Below are positions 62,866 to 64,000 of a stretch of 64,000 nucleotides of DNA, piece by piece (position 1 is the stretch's first letter; the number at the start of each line of letters is the position of its first letter). Position numbers and translations under genes: made by a program. The stretch is from Lama guanicoe (lineage: Eukaryota), in assembly GCA_013239625.1 (NCBI GenBank), contig MU053881.1, positions 5,417,957-5,481,956 of the forward strand. The letters run 5' to 3'. The notes under the pieces are model-generated. The model searched no databases. It saw only the letters and a program-made list of their open reading frames with translations, and had not been told where the DNA came from.

Positions 62866-64000
62866 ATGTATTAAATTAAACTTGGTTCTTTTCTCATTAG
62901 CCCATGAAAGTAGAAGTACTAGTCTGGGACCCCAGTTCACTTGCTAACAGAATTATTATTGATTATCTAAATTGTGCCTATCCCTCACATAAAAATATCA
63001 TCAAAATGGAAACTTAAAATTTAAACATTCTCGTAGAGAAGCTGTATACCCAAGTTAAGAAACACCGTCTTTCTATTTAATCCTCACCCTCCCCTTAACT
63101 GTGCCAAGCCCTGGGGGTGAGCTCTCCAGTTGGAAAGTTTTTTTACCACCAGCCTCTCCACTTCCTGTGAGCTCCTTCCCTGCATGGAGGAGGGTGTGCA
63201 GACGCTCTGTGTGTGTTCTGGGAGGCGTTTGAAAAGTGCTGGGATCACCCCAGTGACTCACTTTCACGCCGGGGGCCGGCTCCCCAGGAGCACACAGCAG
63301 CAGTGTGTTAAGAGATACCCAAAGCTGCTCCTGGAACTCCATTTTTACCCAAAAGTTGGTGCTAGGAAAAAAAAGTGGGGAGTAGAGATTTAAGCAATTT
63401 AACCAGGAAGTGATTTTACACATTTTCATATTGAAACAAACAGGGATGTGTTATGCTGGAGAATATAAAACTCACCTGCATTTTTCAGATAAAACTGCAG
63501 ACTTCAAAGAAATGTTGGCTTCGGTGGGCTGCTTCGGGCCAGGCCCCAGGCCCCGGGCCCCTTGAGAGAACTTCTGTAACAAAGTTGGAGAAAGCAATTA
63601 ATCACTCCTGCCGCTGGCAAGTGGGGCAAAGCCAATTAGGAGGTTTCCTTTTTCCAGGTGCACCTCTGTTCATGGGCTTATTATCAATCAAAACCAGATT
63701 CGCCATGGGGGACCAGCTGTAGAGGTTCTCAGAAACCCGCTTCACGCTAGTGCTCCAAGTGTAGGCAGAACGGGTTTGTTTACAGAAGCAAATACTTCCA
63801 AGAACCTCCTGCTTTTCAAAAATCTCTTAGTTCTGGTTATGTGATGGGCAGTGCTTCCATTAAGTTCTGTCTGTGTTTAATTACCTTTAAAAAAAAAACT
63901 TGGTAGTTTTTCAGCTAAAGGATGCAAGTTTCAGAGGAGGGATGGAGTGGAAAGGGAACTCCTGGATTCCCAAAGGTGCCCCTCAAATATTCAGAATCAA

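Noticed and set aside
60000..64000. A neighbouring gene at the window end
   Set aside because: Only repeats and unique non-coding DNA; no exon I could recognise

Overview
Mammalian genomic DNA containing most of SH3PXD2B (TKS4; PX domain plus four SH3 domains; podosome/invadopodia adaptor) on the + strand. Eleven constitutive coding exons (human-equivalent exons 3-13, 526..52038) splice with GT-AG sites and matching phases into one 2640-nt frame (879 aa + stop). The first two coding exons lie upstream of the window. A ~5-kb 3' UTR ends near AATAAA at 57046. Introns are filled with L1, L2, MIR, MaLR LTRs and hAT/Tigger elements. Eight tRNA-Ala-derived SINEs suggest a camelid genome (inference). 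I found no new multi-gene system. The most interesting signals are hidden isoform architecture and coding changes: a frame-preserving 87-nt cassette exon (36246..36332) with downstream RBFOX motifs, a 4x21-nt coding tandem repeat (PPPEVRG), a candidate downstream alternative last exon, a candidate internal promoter/first exon for a PX-less form, a candidate intronic poly(A) site, a twin-primed inverted L1 and a close inverted SINE pair. Comparisons to human/paralog proteins and repeat-family names are from memory and need alignment. Repeat boundaries are approximate.
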